NCBI GenBank assembly: GCA_019119775.1
Contig: DWWL01000076.1
Coordinates: 13,240-77,239, forward strand
From: Candidatus Lachnoclostridium pullistercoris
GTDB taxonomy: Bacteria; Bacillota; Clostridia; Lachnospirales; Lachnospiraceae
DNA length: 64,000 nucleotides
Direction: 5' to 3'
Shown here: piece by piece, positions 30,285 to 39,301 of the stretch
How positions within the stretch are numbered: position 1 is the first letter of the stretch
Layout: every line of letters starts with the position of its first letter
The notes under the pieces: model-generated
Database searches by the model: none
What the model saw: the letters and a program-made list of their open reading frames with translations, nothing else
Told to the model about the DNA's origin: nothing
Program-made: the position numbers and the translations under genes

Positions 30285-31151
30285 ATGAAGAAATTTTACA
30301 TTATAGCAAACGAAGACAAACAGAACACAAAGCGGACGTTAAAACGGATCGGGGAGTATCTCGCGCTGAAAGGAGCTTCCTGGAACGTTCATGAAAGCCG
30401 GGAAGAGGAGGAAGGCCGGAGGCCGGATCTGGGGTTTAAATATACGGATCCCAGGAATGTTCCGCCGGATACGGACTGCGTCATCACCCTGGGGGGAGAC
30501 GGCACGCTGATCCAGGCGGCGAGGGACCTGGCGGGGCTCAATATTCCCATTCTGGGGATCAATCTGGGCACCCTGGGCTACCTGACCCAGGGAAACGGGC
30601 AGAATGTGCCGGAGATTCTGGACGCTCTGCTGAGGGACCATTACGTGCTGGAGCGGAGGCTGATGCTGGAAGGCAGGATGAGCGGAAAAAGCGGAGCCAG
30701 TTTTCGGGATGTGGCCCTCAACGAGATCGTAGTGACCAGAAAGGATTCCATGAAGGTGACGAAGCTCTCCATCAGCGTGAACGGCCGCTTTTTCACCAGC
30801 TACACGGCAAACGGCGTGATTCTGTCCACTCCCACCGGCTCCACCGCCTACAATCTGTCGGCGGGAGGGCCCATCGCGGCGCCCAACTGCCAGATCATGA
30901 TTCTGACGTCCATCTGTTCCCACACACTCAACATGCGCAGCATCGTGCTCAGCTCTGACGATACGGTGAGAATCGAGATCGTAAACGGAGGAGAGGGAGA
31001 GCAGACGGCGGTGTTTGACGGGGACACGGCGGTGGACATGTCAAAGGGAGATGTGATCGAGATCAGTCGTTCATCGCTGGAGACGACGATGGTGAAGCTG
31101 AATGAGGATTCTTTTCTGGACAATGTGAGAAATAAGATGGCAGGAATATAG
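30285..31151 (+). CDS. nadK: NAD kinase
   Basis: LGGDGT, GINLGTLGYL, LNE, STPTGSTAYNLSAGG. Confidence 0.95.
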   Translation: MKKFYIIANEDKQNTKRTLKRIGEYLALKGASWNVHESREEEEGRRPDLGFKYTDPRNVPPDTDCVITLGGDGTLIQAARDLAGLNIPILGINLGTLGYLTQGNGQNVPEILDALLRDHYVLERRLMLEGRMSGKSGASFRDVALNEIVVTRKDSMKVTKLSISVNGRFFTSYTANGVILSTPTGSTAYNLSAGGPIAAPNCQIMILTSICSHTLNMRSIVLSSDDTVRIEIVNGGEGEQTAVFDGDTAVDMSKGDVIEISRSSLETTMVKLNEDSFLDNVRNKMAGI

Positions 31152-31195
31152 AAAAGACTTCTGAAAAAAGACAAAAGCAGACGAGGGAGGATAAG

Positions 31196-31645
31196 ATGAA
31201 GCTGGAGAGACACAGCAAGATTGTGGAGCTGATCGGAAAGTATGAGATCGAGACGCAGGAGGAGCTGGCAGAATATCTGAACAAAGAGGGATTCAACGTG
31301 ACCCAGGCCACGGTTTCCAGAGATATCAGGGAACTGAAGCTCTCCAAAATACAGACAGACAACGGAAAACAGCGGTATGTGGTGCTTCAGAGTCAGGATT
31401 CCTTCAGTGACAAATATATCAGGATCCTGAGGGACAGCTTTATGTCCATGGACATGGCTCAGAACATTCTGGTCATCAAGACGGTGGAGGGAATGGCCAT
31501 GGCTGCCGCCGCTGCCCTGGACGCCGTGCATTTTCATGAGATCGTGGGCTGCGTGGCCGGCGACAATACTATTTTCTGCGCGGTGAGAACGGTGGATGAC
31601 ACCATTATTCTGATGGACAAGCTGAAAAAGCTGCTGGCGGGTTAA
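31196..31645 (+). CDS. argR: Arginine repressor
   Basis: TQEEL, TQATVSRDIREL, GCVAGDNTIF. Confidence 0.95.
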   Translation: MKLERHSKIVELIGKYEIETQEELAEYLNKEGFNVTQATVSRDIRELKLSKIQTDNGKQRYVVLQSQDSFSDKYIRILRDSFMSMDMAQNILVIKTVEGMAMAAAAALDAVHFHEIVGCVAGDNTIFCAVRTVDDTIILMDKLKKLLAG

Positions 31646-31661
31646 GAAATACGGAGGAAAT

Positions 31662-33335
31662 ATGCTGTTAGAGCTGCATGTTCGCAATCTGGCCCTGATC
31701 GAACGGGCGGATGTGGAGTTTGGCGAGGGCTTAAACATCCTCACCGGAGAGACTGGCTCCGGCAAGTCGATTTTTATGGGCTCCGTCAACATGGCTCTGG
31801 GCGGGAAGGTGCCCAGAGATATGGTGAGAAAAGGCGCCGAGTACGCCTATATTGAACTGATCTTTTCCGTGGACGAGGAGAAGGGAAAAGTGCTGCGGGA
31901 GATGGGGGTCAGCCCGGACGGGGACGGGATCCTGATCATTTCCAGAAAGATCATGCCTTCCCGCAGCGTGAGCCGGATCAATGACGAGACAGTCACCCTG
32001 GGACGGCTGCGGGAGATCACCGGGCTTCTGCTGGACATTCACGGCCAGCACGAGCACCAGTCCCTCCTCTACAAATCAAAGCATCTGGAGATTCTGGACT
32101 GCTTCGCAGGCGCAGACAGGCTGAAAAAGCAGCTGGCGGAAGAGTACCGGCGCTACTGCAGCCTGGCGGAGGCGGCAGAACAGTTCCGCACAGATGAGGA
32201 GACCAGAAGGCGGGAAGCGGATTTCCTGCGTTTTGAGGTGGATGAGATCGAGGCGGCCGCCTTAAAGCCCGGGGAGGAAGAGGAGTTGAGCCGCGCCTAC
32301 CGCCGCTTTATGGGCAGCCGGAAGATCGTGGAGGCTCTGTCTGCCGCCTATGCCGCGGTGACGGCGGTGGACGTGGGCGAGGCCAGAAAGGGCGTCGAGC
32401 GGGCTGCCGAGTATGAGGAAGAGCTGGAGAAACTGAAAGATCAGCTCTTTGACGCCGAGGCGATCTTAAGCGACGTGGCCCATGAAATCAATTCCTACCT
32501 GGACAATATGGTATTTGACGAGGAGGAATTCCACCGGGTGGAGGAGCGGCTGGACCTGATCCACGGCCTGGAGGCAAAGTACGGGGCTGGGACGGAGGCG
32601 GTTCTTCAGGCTCTGGAGGAGAAGAAAGAGCGGCTGAACGAACTGGAAAACTATGACGCGCTGAAGCAGAAGGCGGAGCAGGAGCTGGAGGCCAGCAGGA
32701 AACAGCTGGATGAGCTGTGCGGGGAACTCTCCGGACTGCGCCGGAAGGCTGCGTCAGGACTGGCGGAGCGGATCAAAAAGAGTCTGCTGGATCTGAATTT
32801 TCTGGATGTGGAGTTTGAGATCGCGTTTCGGAAACTGGACAGATACACGGCTCACGGCTATGACGAGGTGGAGTTTCTCATTTCCACCAATCCGGGGGAG
32901 AGCGTGAAGCCTCTGGGAATGGTGGCCTCCGGAGGAGAGCTGTCCAGAATCATGCTGGCTATCAAGACAGTGCTGGCGGACACGGACGATGTCCCCACTC
33001 TGATCTTTGACGAGATCGACACAGGAATCAGCGGGCGGACGGCCCAGAAAGTGTCGGAGAAGCTGGCGGTGATCTCCGGAAGCCGCCAGGTCATCTGCAT
33101 CACCCATCTGCCTCAGATCGCGGCGATGGCGGACTGCCATTTTGAGATGGCGAAGGAGCCGAAGGACGCGAAGACGGTCACCACCATCCGGCGCTTAAGC
33201 GGCGAGCAGGAGACGGTGGAGTTAGCGAGGCTTTTGGGTGGAGCGGAGATCACGGGAGCTGTGCTGCAGAATGCCCGTGAGATGAAGGAGCTGGCGGAGC
33301 AGACGAAAGCGCAGGTCAGGAAAAATGCAGAATGA
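31662..33335 (+). CDS. recN: DNA repair protein RecN
   Basis: TGETGSGKS, HGQHEHQ, ASGGELSR, FDEIDTG, ITHLPQIAA. Confidence 0.97.
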   Translation: MLLELHVRNLALIERADVEFGEGLNILTGETGSGKSIFMGSVNMALGGKVPRDMVRKGAEYAYIELIFSVDEEKGKVLREMGVSPDGDGILIISRKIMPSRSVSRINDETVTLGRLREITGLLLDIHGQHEHQSLLYKSKHLEILDCFAGADRLKKQLAEEYRRYCSLAEAAEQFRTDEETRRREADFLRFEVDEIEAAALKPGEEEELSRAYRRFMGSRKIVEALSAAYAAVTAVDVGEARKGVERAAEYEEELEKLKDQLFDAEAILSDVAHEINSYLDNMVFDEEEFHRVEERLDLIHGLEAKYGAGTEAVLQALEEKKERLNELENYDALKQKAEQELEASRKQLDELCGELSGLRRKAASGLAERIKKSLLDLNFLDVEFEIAFRKLDRYTAHGYDEVEFLISTNPGESVKPLGMVASGGELSRIMLAIKTVLADTDDVPTLIFDEIDTGISGRTAQKVSEKLAVISGSRQVICITHLPQIAAMADCHFEMAKEPKDAKTVTTIRRLSGEQETVELARLLGGAEITGAVLQNAREMKELAEQTKAQVRKNAE

Positions 33336-33345
33336 AACGGCAAAA

Positions 33346-33384
33346 GGGGCGCAGGCCCGGGAGAATTCCCGGGACCTGCGCCCC
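33346..33384. terminator. Stem-loop between convergent recN and Cys-rich gene
   Basis: GGGGCGCAGGCCCGGGA / TCCCGGGACCTGCGCCCC. Confidence 0.65.
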
Positions 33385-33416
33385 GCCTGTTTTTGGCAGA
33401 AAACGCGGCTGGCAGA

Positions 33417-33653
33417 TCAGTTTCCGCAGCATCCGCATCCGCCGGAATCAGATCCGGAGGAGAGGGGCATGGGAGTTCCGGCGCAGACGTCCAGTCCTCT
33501 CTGGTATCCCTCATTGAAGCCATTGTTGAAGCCGTCGTTCCAGCCGCGGCTGTAGCCGGCGTTGAAGCCTCTCTGATAGTCGGATAAGGTATTGTTATTA
33601 TTATTGTTGTTATTGCAGCAGCATCTGCGGCAGCATCGATTGCAGCACCACAT
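33417..33653 (-). CDS. Small Cys-rich protein, probable spore coat/exosporium component
   Basis: AAAGGAG RBS; MWCCNRCCRRCCC, poly-Asn, G(F/Y/W)xx repeats, GCGCC end; divergent from cotJ. Confidence 0.7.
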   Translation of the reverse strand: MWCCNRCCRRCCCNNNNNNNNTLSDYQRGFNAGYSRGWNDGFNNGFNEGYQRGLDVCAGTPMPLSSGSDSGGCGCCGN

Positions 33654-33689
33654 ATTTGGTTCTCCTTTTCATTTTCATGTTTGTACTAT

Positions 33690-33752
33690 ATCTTATGTGG
33701 ACAGGGGAGAAATGGTTCTTCCTGTCACCTCTCTGCCCCTTTCTCATAAACT
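33690..33752. promoter_or_regulatory. Divergent mother-cell (sigmaK/sigmaE-like) promoters
   Basis: Minus: AACC-16-CATAAGAT; plus: CACC-15-CATAAACT. Confidence 0.45.
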
Positions 33753-33792
33753 GGTATTAGAAATTTCCCTGAAAGGAAAGGAGTATCCTCTT

Positions 33793-34011
33793 ATGGATCG
33801 ATATATGCCCCAGATGGCTCCTGCGCCGTTTCTCAGGCAGACAGCCATGCCCGTATACGGGCAGCAGACAGACATCTCCTCATTTCCCGTAGGCATGACT
33901 TATGTGCCGATGCAGAAGTGGCAGCAGACCTACGACCTCGGTCTGGGTTTTTCCCGCGGCACGATTTTCCCGGATTTAGATTTTCCGTTTGTGATGGGGA
34001 GGTGTCAGTAA
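33793..34011 (+). CDS. cotJA: Spore coat associated protein CotJA
   Basis: VGMTYVPMQKW..GTIFPDLDFPF; AAGGAG RBS. Confidence 0.9.
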   Translation: MDRYMPQMAPAPFLRQTAMPVYGQQTDISSFPVGMTYVPMQKWQQTYDLGLGFSRGTIFPDLDFPFVMGRCQ

Positions 34012-34347
34012 ATGAACTATATGAACATGCCCCGCAGTTTTTCGCCCATGGCAGCCGCCGTGCAGGGACAGAGCGGGACGGCTTCCATGCCTGTCTCTGA
34101 CGCGGCCCAGATCCTTCAGGTTCTGGACCAGGCCAGCTTCGCCGTGGATGACGTCCTGCTGTATCTGGACACTCACCCGAATGACACGGAGGCGCTGGCG
34201 TATTATCAGTATGTAAAAAGTCTCCGCGATCAGGCGATGAACGCTTACACGGATCAGTACGGCCCGCTGATGAAGGATCAGGAGCGGTCCACCACCAGCT
34301 GGACCTGGGTAAACGGTCCCTGGCCATGGGAAGGAGGAAGAAACTGA
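34012..34347 (+). CDS. cotJB: Spore coat protein CotJB
   Basis: FAVDDVLLYLDTHP, YGPL, WTWVNGPWPWE. Confidence 0.92.
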   Translation: MNYMNMPRSFSPMAAAVQGQSGTASMPVSDAAQILQVLDQASFAVDDVLLYLDTHPNDTEALAYYQYVKSLRDQAMNAYTDQYGPLMKDQERSTTSWTWVNGPWPWEGGRN

Positions 34348-35567
34348 TGTGGGTATATGAAAAACGGCTGCAGTATCCGGTGAACATCAAGAATCCGGAT
34401 CCGAAGATGGCACAGTTTATTATGAGTCAGTACGGCGGGCCGGACGGCGAAATTGGTGCCTCCATGCGCTATCTCTCCCAGCGGTATGCCATGCCCTACG
34501 ACGCCTGCAAGGCAGTCCTGACAGACATCGGAACGGAGGAGCTGGCCCATATGGAGATCATAGCGGCGATCATCCACCAGCTGACGAAAAATCTCACCCC
34601 GGAGCAGATCGTGGAATCGGGATTTGGCCCGTATTACATTGACCACACCACAGGGATCTGGCCGCAGGCGGCGGGCGGAGTGCCGTTCAACGCCTGCGAA
34701 TTCCAGTCGAAGGGGGACGTGATCACGGATCTGACGGAGGATATGGCGGCGGAACAGAAGGCACGGACGACCTACGACAATATTCTGCGGGTGGTGAAGG
34801 ACCCGGATGTGTGTGATCCCATCCGCTATTTGAGAGAGCGGGAGATCGTTCATTTCCAGAGGTTCGGTGAAGCGCTGAGGATCACGCAGGATCACCTGGA
34901 TTCCAGGAATTTCTATGCCTTTAATCCGGCATTTGACCGGGCGGGAGGTGTGCTCCCGGGAACCGGAAACGGAACCGGCGGCGGGGGGAATCCTGGAAAC
35001 GGAATGAGCGGGATGAATGGAATGAACGGCGCCGGTGCTGGAACCATAACCGGAAACGGAATGGGGACAGCCGCAGGTGCAGGAGTGGGAACAGCTATCG
35101 GAACGGGAGCGGGCTCCGGGACAGCCGCAGGAACGGGGACAGGAGCTGCTGGGATGACGCCGGACGTGATCGCGCCGCCGGCGGGAAGTGCCGGTTCCGG
35201 GATGCAGACGGGAAACGGGCAGACGGGAAATGTTCAGGCTGGAAATATGTCATCTGGAAATACGCCGGCGGGAAACACCCAGATGGGAAATATCCAGACG
35301 GGAAGTGTGCGCAGTCAGAACGGGAGCCGGGCCGGAATGGCCTCCGCCGGAGGAATGCAGAGCACAGGCCAGGGCACAGGCGTGCAGAGCGGGATGCGGG
35401 CCGGAACAGCCGCGGGGATGAGCGCAGGAAATGTTTCCGGCGGACCGGGACCTGTGATTCCTCCGGGAAACAGCTCCGCGAACAGACAGACGGTGCAGAT
35501 GCCCGGCTGCTGCGAGACTGGCGGGACGGCGGGAAACGGCGCAGTTATGCGGCGTGGCTGCTGTTAG
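34347..35567 (+). CDS. cotJC: Manganese catalase family CotJC with long Gly-rich C-terminal extension
   Basis: MWVYEKRLQYPV, QYGGPDGE, DIGTEELAH, REREIVHFQRF. Confidence 0.92.
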   Translation: MWVYEKRLQYPVNIKNPDPKMAQFIMSQYGGPDGEIGASMRYLSQRYAMPYDACKAVLTDIGTEELAHMEIIAAIIHQLTKNLTPEQIVESGFGPYYIDHTTGIWPQAAGGVPFNACEFQSKGDVITDLTEDMAAEQKARTTYDNILRVVKDPDVCDPIRYLREREIVHFQRFGEALRITQDHLDSRNFYAFNPAFDRAGGVLPGTGNGTGGGGNPGNGMSGMNGMNGAGAGTITGNGMGTAAGAGVGTAIGTGAGSGTAAGTGTGAAGMTPDVIAPPAGSAGSGMQTGNGQTGNVQAGNMSSGNTPAGNTQMGNIQTGSVRSQNGSRAGMASAGGMQSTGQGTGVQSGMRAGTAAGMSAGNVSGGPGPVIPPGNSSANRQTVQMPGCCETGGTAGNGAVMRRGCC

Positions 35568-35721
35568 CCGCTCTGGCCGGGGGGATGAGATGCCCGGAAG
35601 GATGAGATGCCCGAGAAGGTGAGATGAAAAAAGCGAGCACAAAAAAGCGGGCGGCCGAAAGGCCGCCCGCGGCGAGGGGTGGCACAGCCACCCCTCAGGC
35701 TGTTTGCCCGGCAAACAGCCT

Positions 35722-36324
35722 TTAACAATTCTTGGTATCATTTTTGATGTCATCCCCGTCTCCCGGAAGAAGGGGCGCTGATGGGGAGTCTTCGTCGTGA
35801 AGCTCCTGCTTTTTGCTGCGGATCAGGTGGATTCCCAGCATGATGATGAAGATGGAAAACAGAGCCCGCAGGGAGAAGGTTCCAAACATGCGGAACGCGG
35901 CGTACAGCCGGCGGGAGAAGGAAAACATCCCCAGAACCATATACAGGAAATCCATCAGATAGTTCCACAGAAGAATGACGCCGAGAAGGATCAGGACTGC
36001 GGCTGCAGCTTTCCGGTTGCGGTCAAGCCATTCCCGGTCCAGGAAGGGGAAACTGCTGCGGTGGAATAAAAAATCGTCCTCAATGGCATAAAATTCCTCG
36101 TCCGGCAGGGAACTTAAGTTGTGCACGTGAAAGAAACTGTAAAACCAGATGACCGGTTCCACAAAGAGCAGGGCGGCCAGGTTGAGAATGCCGCTGACGG
36201 CCCAGACTAGGAAGAACAGACCCATGAGGCTGACTCCCTGCTTCATGAAGCCTAAGTACATTTCTCCCGCTCCCGGCAGCAGAGAGCAGCAGAATGTCAG
36301 AAATTTATTCTTTTTCCTTGTCAT
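35722..36324 (-). CDS. Membrane protein in ECF sigma operon
   Basis: SLLPGAGEMYLG motif, four TM segments, overlaps upstream gene. Confidence 0.75.
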   Translation of the reverse strand: MTRKKNKFLTFCCSLLPGAGEMYLGFMKQGVSLMGLFFLVWAVSGILNLAALLFVEPVIWFYSFFHVHNLSSLPDEEFYAIEDDFLFHRSSFPFLDREWLDRNRKAAAAVLILLGVILLWNYLMDFLYMVLGMFSFSRRLYAAFRMFGTFSLRALFSIFIIMLGIHLIRSKKQELHDEDSPSAPLLPGDGDDIKNDTKNC

Positions 36325-36715
36325 ATAAGTAAACCTCCCAATTGGATAATTCGTAAGACATTCGATTCAGACCGTCGGTGATCTGCCGGGCTTTCTGGTA
36401 GAAGGGCACGGAGAAACGGACGTCCGGTCCGGACGGCAGAGAAGGCGGAAGGAGGGCCAGCATCAGAACGCTGAAAGCGACGGCGGCCCCCACCTTAAGG
36501 CTGTACAGAAGAAGCCGCGTGCGGCGGGAAAGGGCTCTGGCGCCGGCGGAAAGCTGCACGTCCGGCTGGCTGCAGCGCTTTATCACCGATTCTTTCAAAT
36601 CCCGCGGGGCAGTGATGAGAAAGTCCTGTTCCACGCGGCGGGCAAATTCCTCCGCTGCCAGATCGTCATTTCTGATTTGTTCCAGATCTTCCCAGGACAG
36701 ATCCCTGTTTTCCAT
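36305..36715 (-). CDS. Putative anti-sigma factor (single TM)
   Basis: Directly downstream of ECF sigma; APRDLKESVI then a TM helix. Confidence 0.65.
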   Translation of the reverse strand: MENRDLSWEDLEQIRNDDLAAEEFARRVEQDFLITAPRDLKESVIKRCSQPDVQLSAGARALSRRTRLLLYSLKVGAAVAFSVLMLALLPPSLPSGPDVRFSVPFYQKARQITDGLNRMSYELSNWEVYLYDKEKE

Positions 36716-37223
36716 GAGCAGTTTCCTCCTTCCGATAAAGTTTTCGTATCATCGCTTTGGCGCGGTAAACCTGCGTCTGAAGCGTTTTTATGTTGCGGCC
36801 GGTTTTGGCGGCCAGCTCACTGATTGACAGTTCATAGTAAAAATAATCGACAGCCACGTCGCGGTAGGGCTGGTTCAAAGCCAGGCAGCAGCGCAGCAGT
36901 TCTTCGCGGACGGCGCGGTCCAGGGCAGTGTTTTCCGGAGAGCCGCCGTCTGCCGGGACGGTGACAAAAAAGCTGTCTTCCGTGGGAACAGAGCGTCTTC
37001 CAGCCCGCTTTAAGTAGTCGATGCACTTGTTGGTGGCGATGCGGCAGAGCCAGGCCCGTTCATTCTTTCCGTCAAAGGCGGACAGATTTTTGTAGGCGGA
37101 CAGGAACGTGTCCTGCGCCAGGTCTTCCGCCTCAAAGTAGTCTCCTGTGAGGCGGTAGCAGATGGAATAGATCAGATTCTGATACTGATCGATCATCTGC
37201 TCCAGCTGTTCATTTGCATTAAT
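36666..37223 (-). CDS. ECF (sigma-70 family) RNA polymerase sigma factor; probable ATT start
   Basis: AEDLAQDTFL, AWLCRIATNKCID, region 4 TLQTQVYRAK; RBS placed for in-frame ATT at 37223. Confidence 0.9.
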   Translation of the reverse strand: MNANEQLEQMIDQYQNLIYSICYRLTGDYFEAEDLAQDTFLSAYKNLSAFDGKNERAWLCRIATNKCIDYLKRAGRRSVPTEDSFFVTVPADGGSPENTALDRAVREELLRCCLALNQPYRDVAVDYFYYELSISELAAKTGRNIKTLQTQVYRAKAMIRKLYRKEETAHGKQGSVLGRSGTNQK

Positions 37224-37393
37224 GTTCCCGCCTCCTTTCCGTCCTGTCTATTATAACGGAGCAGCCCTGGGAAAATCTTCAAAAAAATAAAATTTCTGTT
37301 AAAAAATATTGCATTTTCTGCCGGGGCACGTTTATAATATAGTATAAACAAAGGAAAAATATAAAGTACAAAAGCGAAGAGGAGATAAACCCC

Positions 37394-37651
37394 ATGACAA
37401 AAACAGAGATTGTTTTCTGGAATATGGATTCCATCATGCAGTTTATGGAGATTATCGGCCGTCACGATTACGAAGCGGAGCTGGTGTGCGGCGGCAGAAC
37501 AGTCAATGCGAAGGCACTTCTCGATGTGATTTCTCTTCACGCCTTTCAGGCGTCGGAGCTTCGGATCTTCAGCGATTCCTGTGAGGATCTTTTGAAGGAT
37601 CTGGATTTGTATATGGATCAGTACCGGCTGGAGCGGGCAGCCGCCTGCTAG
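37394..37651 (+). CDS. Degenerate HPr-fold protein
   Basis: GGRTVNAKALLDVISL resembles HPr (VDAKSI); GAGGAG RBS; upstream TTGCAT-17-TATAAT. Confidence 0.7.
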   Translation: MTKTEIVFWNMDSIMQFMEIIGRHDYEAELVCGGRTVNAKALLDVISLHAFQASELRIFSDSCEDLLKDLDLYMDQYRLERAAAC

Positions 37652-37702
37652 AGCAGCTTTTCCGGGATGGAAAATGTAACCGGCAAAGGAAAGAAAAGCA
37701 GC

Positions 37703-37731
37703 TTGAAAAAACAGAGGAACTGTTGTATAAT
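37703..37731 (+). promoter_or_regulatory. Sigma-A promoter of 6S RNA
   Basis: TTGAAA-17-TATAAT. Confidence 0.75.
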
Positions 37732-37751
37732 GGGTTACAGTTTAAAAAACA

Positions 37752-37940
37752 GTTTGTAATTCCTGGGGTGTTCGACCCTCTTACTTCATTTGAACCTACA
37801 GTATGACGTAAGGGATTCCAATATTTTCAGGTGGATGTCAGGCCTCCATTATGAGTGGAAGGCAGAAGCCTGAGTGAGGTTGCCCACCTAGCTTGGCTAG
37901 GAGTCAAACAGTAAGAGACGGCATTTTGGGATTACGAAAG
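37752..37940 (+). ncRNA. ssrS: 6S RNA
   Basis: ~190 nt, no ORF, own promoter and terminator; closing stem GTAATTCCTGGGGTG / CATTTTGGGATTAC, CTCTTACT / AGTAAGAG, TTGAACC motif, central bubble. Confidence 0.85.
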
Positions 37941-37943
37941 AGA

Positions 37944-37977
37944 AAAGCGGCGAGCAATCGCCGCTTTATCTTTTTTT
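37944..37977 (+). terminator. Terminator of 6S RNA
   Basis: AAAGCGGCGA-GCAA-TCGCCGCTTT then T-rich tail. Confidence 0.85.
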
Positions 37978-38011
37978 AAAAGTATGCTAGACTAAAAGAA
38001 AAAAGCAGATA

Positions 38012-39301
38012 ATGGAGAATACTATGAAGAACCGGAAATTTACGACTTATTTATACTGGGGCATCACCGCTTTTTTAGTGATTTCCGCCTGCATCCTGCT
38101 GGTTTTTGTGATGATCCATATGGAAAAGGTAAAGAGGCTGGCAGGTTTTCTGACGGAGATCCTGATGCCGGTGATCTACGGAGGAGTTCTGGCCTATCTT
38201 TTGACCCCCATTTACAACCGGGTGGCTAAGGGGACAGAACGTTTTTTAAAGAAATATGTAAAACAGGCAAAGCGGGCCAGGATGCTGGGGAAAGGAACGG
38301 CCACGGCAGTGAGCCTGGCTGTTTTGTTTGCAGTGGTCAGCGGCCTGCTGGCGATCCTGATCCCTCAGCTGATCAGCAGCATAAGAGGAATCATCAATTC
38401 TCTTCCAAGCAATCTGAACAATCTGGAACAGTGGCTCCTCCATCTTCTGGATGACAATCCCGAACTGGCTTCGGAGGTGACGGCGCTGTTTAACGCCACC
38501 GGTCTGGAACTTCAGGGCTGGATCAATCAGAACATCGTTCCCAGTCTGTCCAACTTAAATGAAAATTTCCTGCAGAATCTGTGGGATGTGGTTTCCACTG
38601 TGTCCAGCAGTGTGATGGACGTGGTGACTGTGCTGAAGAATGTGTTTATCGGCGTCATCGTCACTGCCTACATGCTGAACATCAAGGACTCTTTCTGTGC
38701 CCACGGGAAAAAAGCAGTGTACGGTCTTCTTCCCCTGAGGTTTGCCAACCGGTTTGTGAAGGAGGTCCGGTTTATCCACGAGGTGTTCGGCGGGTTTATT
38801 ATCGGAAAGCTGCTGGATTCCCTGATCATCGGCATTCTCTGCTTCTGCGGGATGAGCCTGATGAAGCTGCCGTATGTCATGCTGGTGAGCGTGATCGTGG
38901 GAGTGACCAATGTGATTCCGTTTTTCGGACCGTTCATCGGAGCCATACCCAGCGCCTTTTTCATTCTGCTGGTAAATCCGCTGCAGTGTCTGTATTTCCT
39001 TATTTTCGTGCTGCTGCTTCAGCAGTTTGACGGAAACATTCTGGGGCCGAAGATCCTGGGAGATTCCACAGGCATATCCAGTTTCGGCGTGCTCTTTTCC
39101 ATTCTGCTGTTCGGGGGCCTGTTTGGATTTGTGGGAATGATCATCGGAGTTCCCACTTTTGCAGTGCTTTACAATCTGGGGAAAGACGGGGTGGAACATT
39201 TCCTGAGGAAAAAGGACTTATCCTGTAATACCGAAGACTATGCGGAACTAGACTATATAGAGAATGACCAGAAAACGTACGTCAGAAAGCAAGAGGATTA
39301 G
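38012..39301 (+). CDS. AI-2E family transporter
   Basis: NVIPFFGPFIGAIP, QQFDGNILGPKILG, GGLFGFVGMIIGVP. Confidence 0.92.
   Translation: MENTMKNRKFTTYLYWGITAFLVISACILLVFVMIHMEKVKRLAGFLTEILMPVIYGGVLAYLLTPIYNRVAKGTERFLKKYVKQAKRARMLGKGTATAVSLAVLFAVVSGLLAILIPQLISSIRGIINSLPSNLNNLEQWLLHLLDDNPELASEVTALFNATGLELQGWINQNIVPSLSNLNENFLQNLWDVVSTVSSSVMDVVTVLKNVFIGVIVTAYMLNIKDSFCAHGKKAVYGLLPLRFANRFVKEVRFIHEVFGGFIIGKLLDSLIIGILCFCGMSLMKLPYVMLVSVIVGVTNVIPFFGPFIGAIPSAFFILLVNPLQCLYFLIFVLLLQQFDGNILGPKILGDSTGISSFGVLFSILLFGGLFGFVGMIIGVPTFAVLYNLGKDGVEHFLRKKDLSCNTEDYAELDYIENDQKTYVRKQED

Noticed and set aside
35584-35627. GATGAGATGCCCG tandem repeat after cotJC
   Set aside because: Short local duplication without functional evidence
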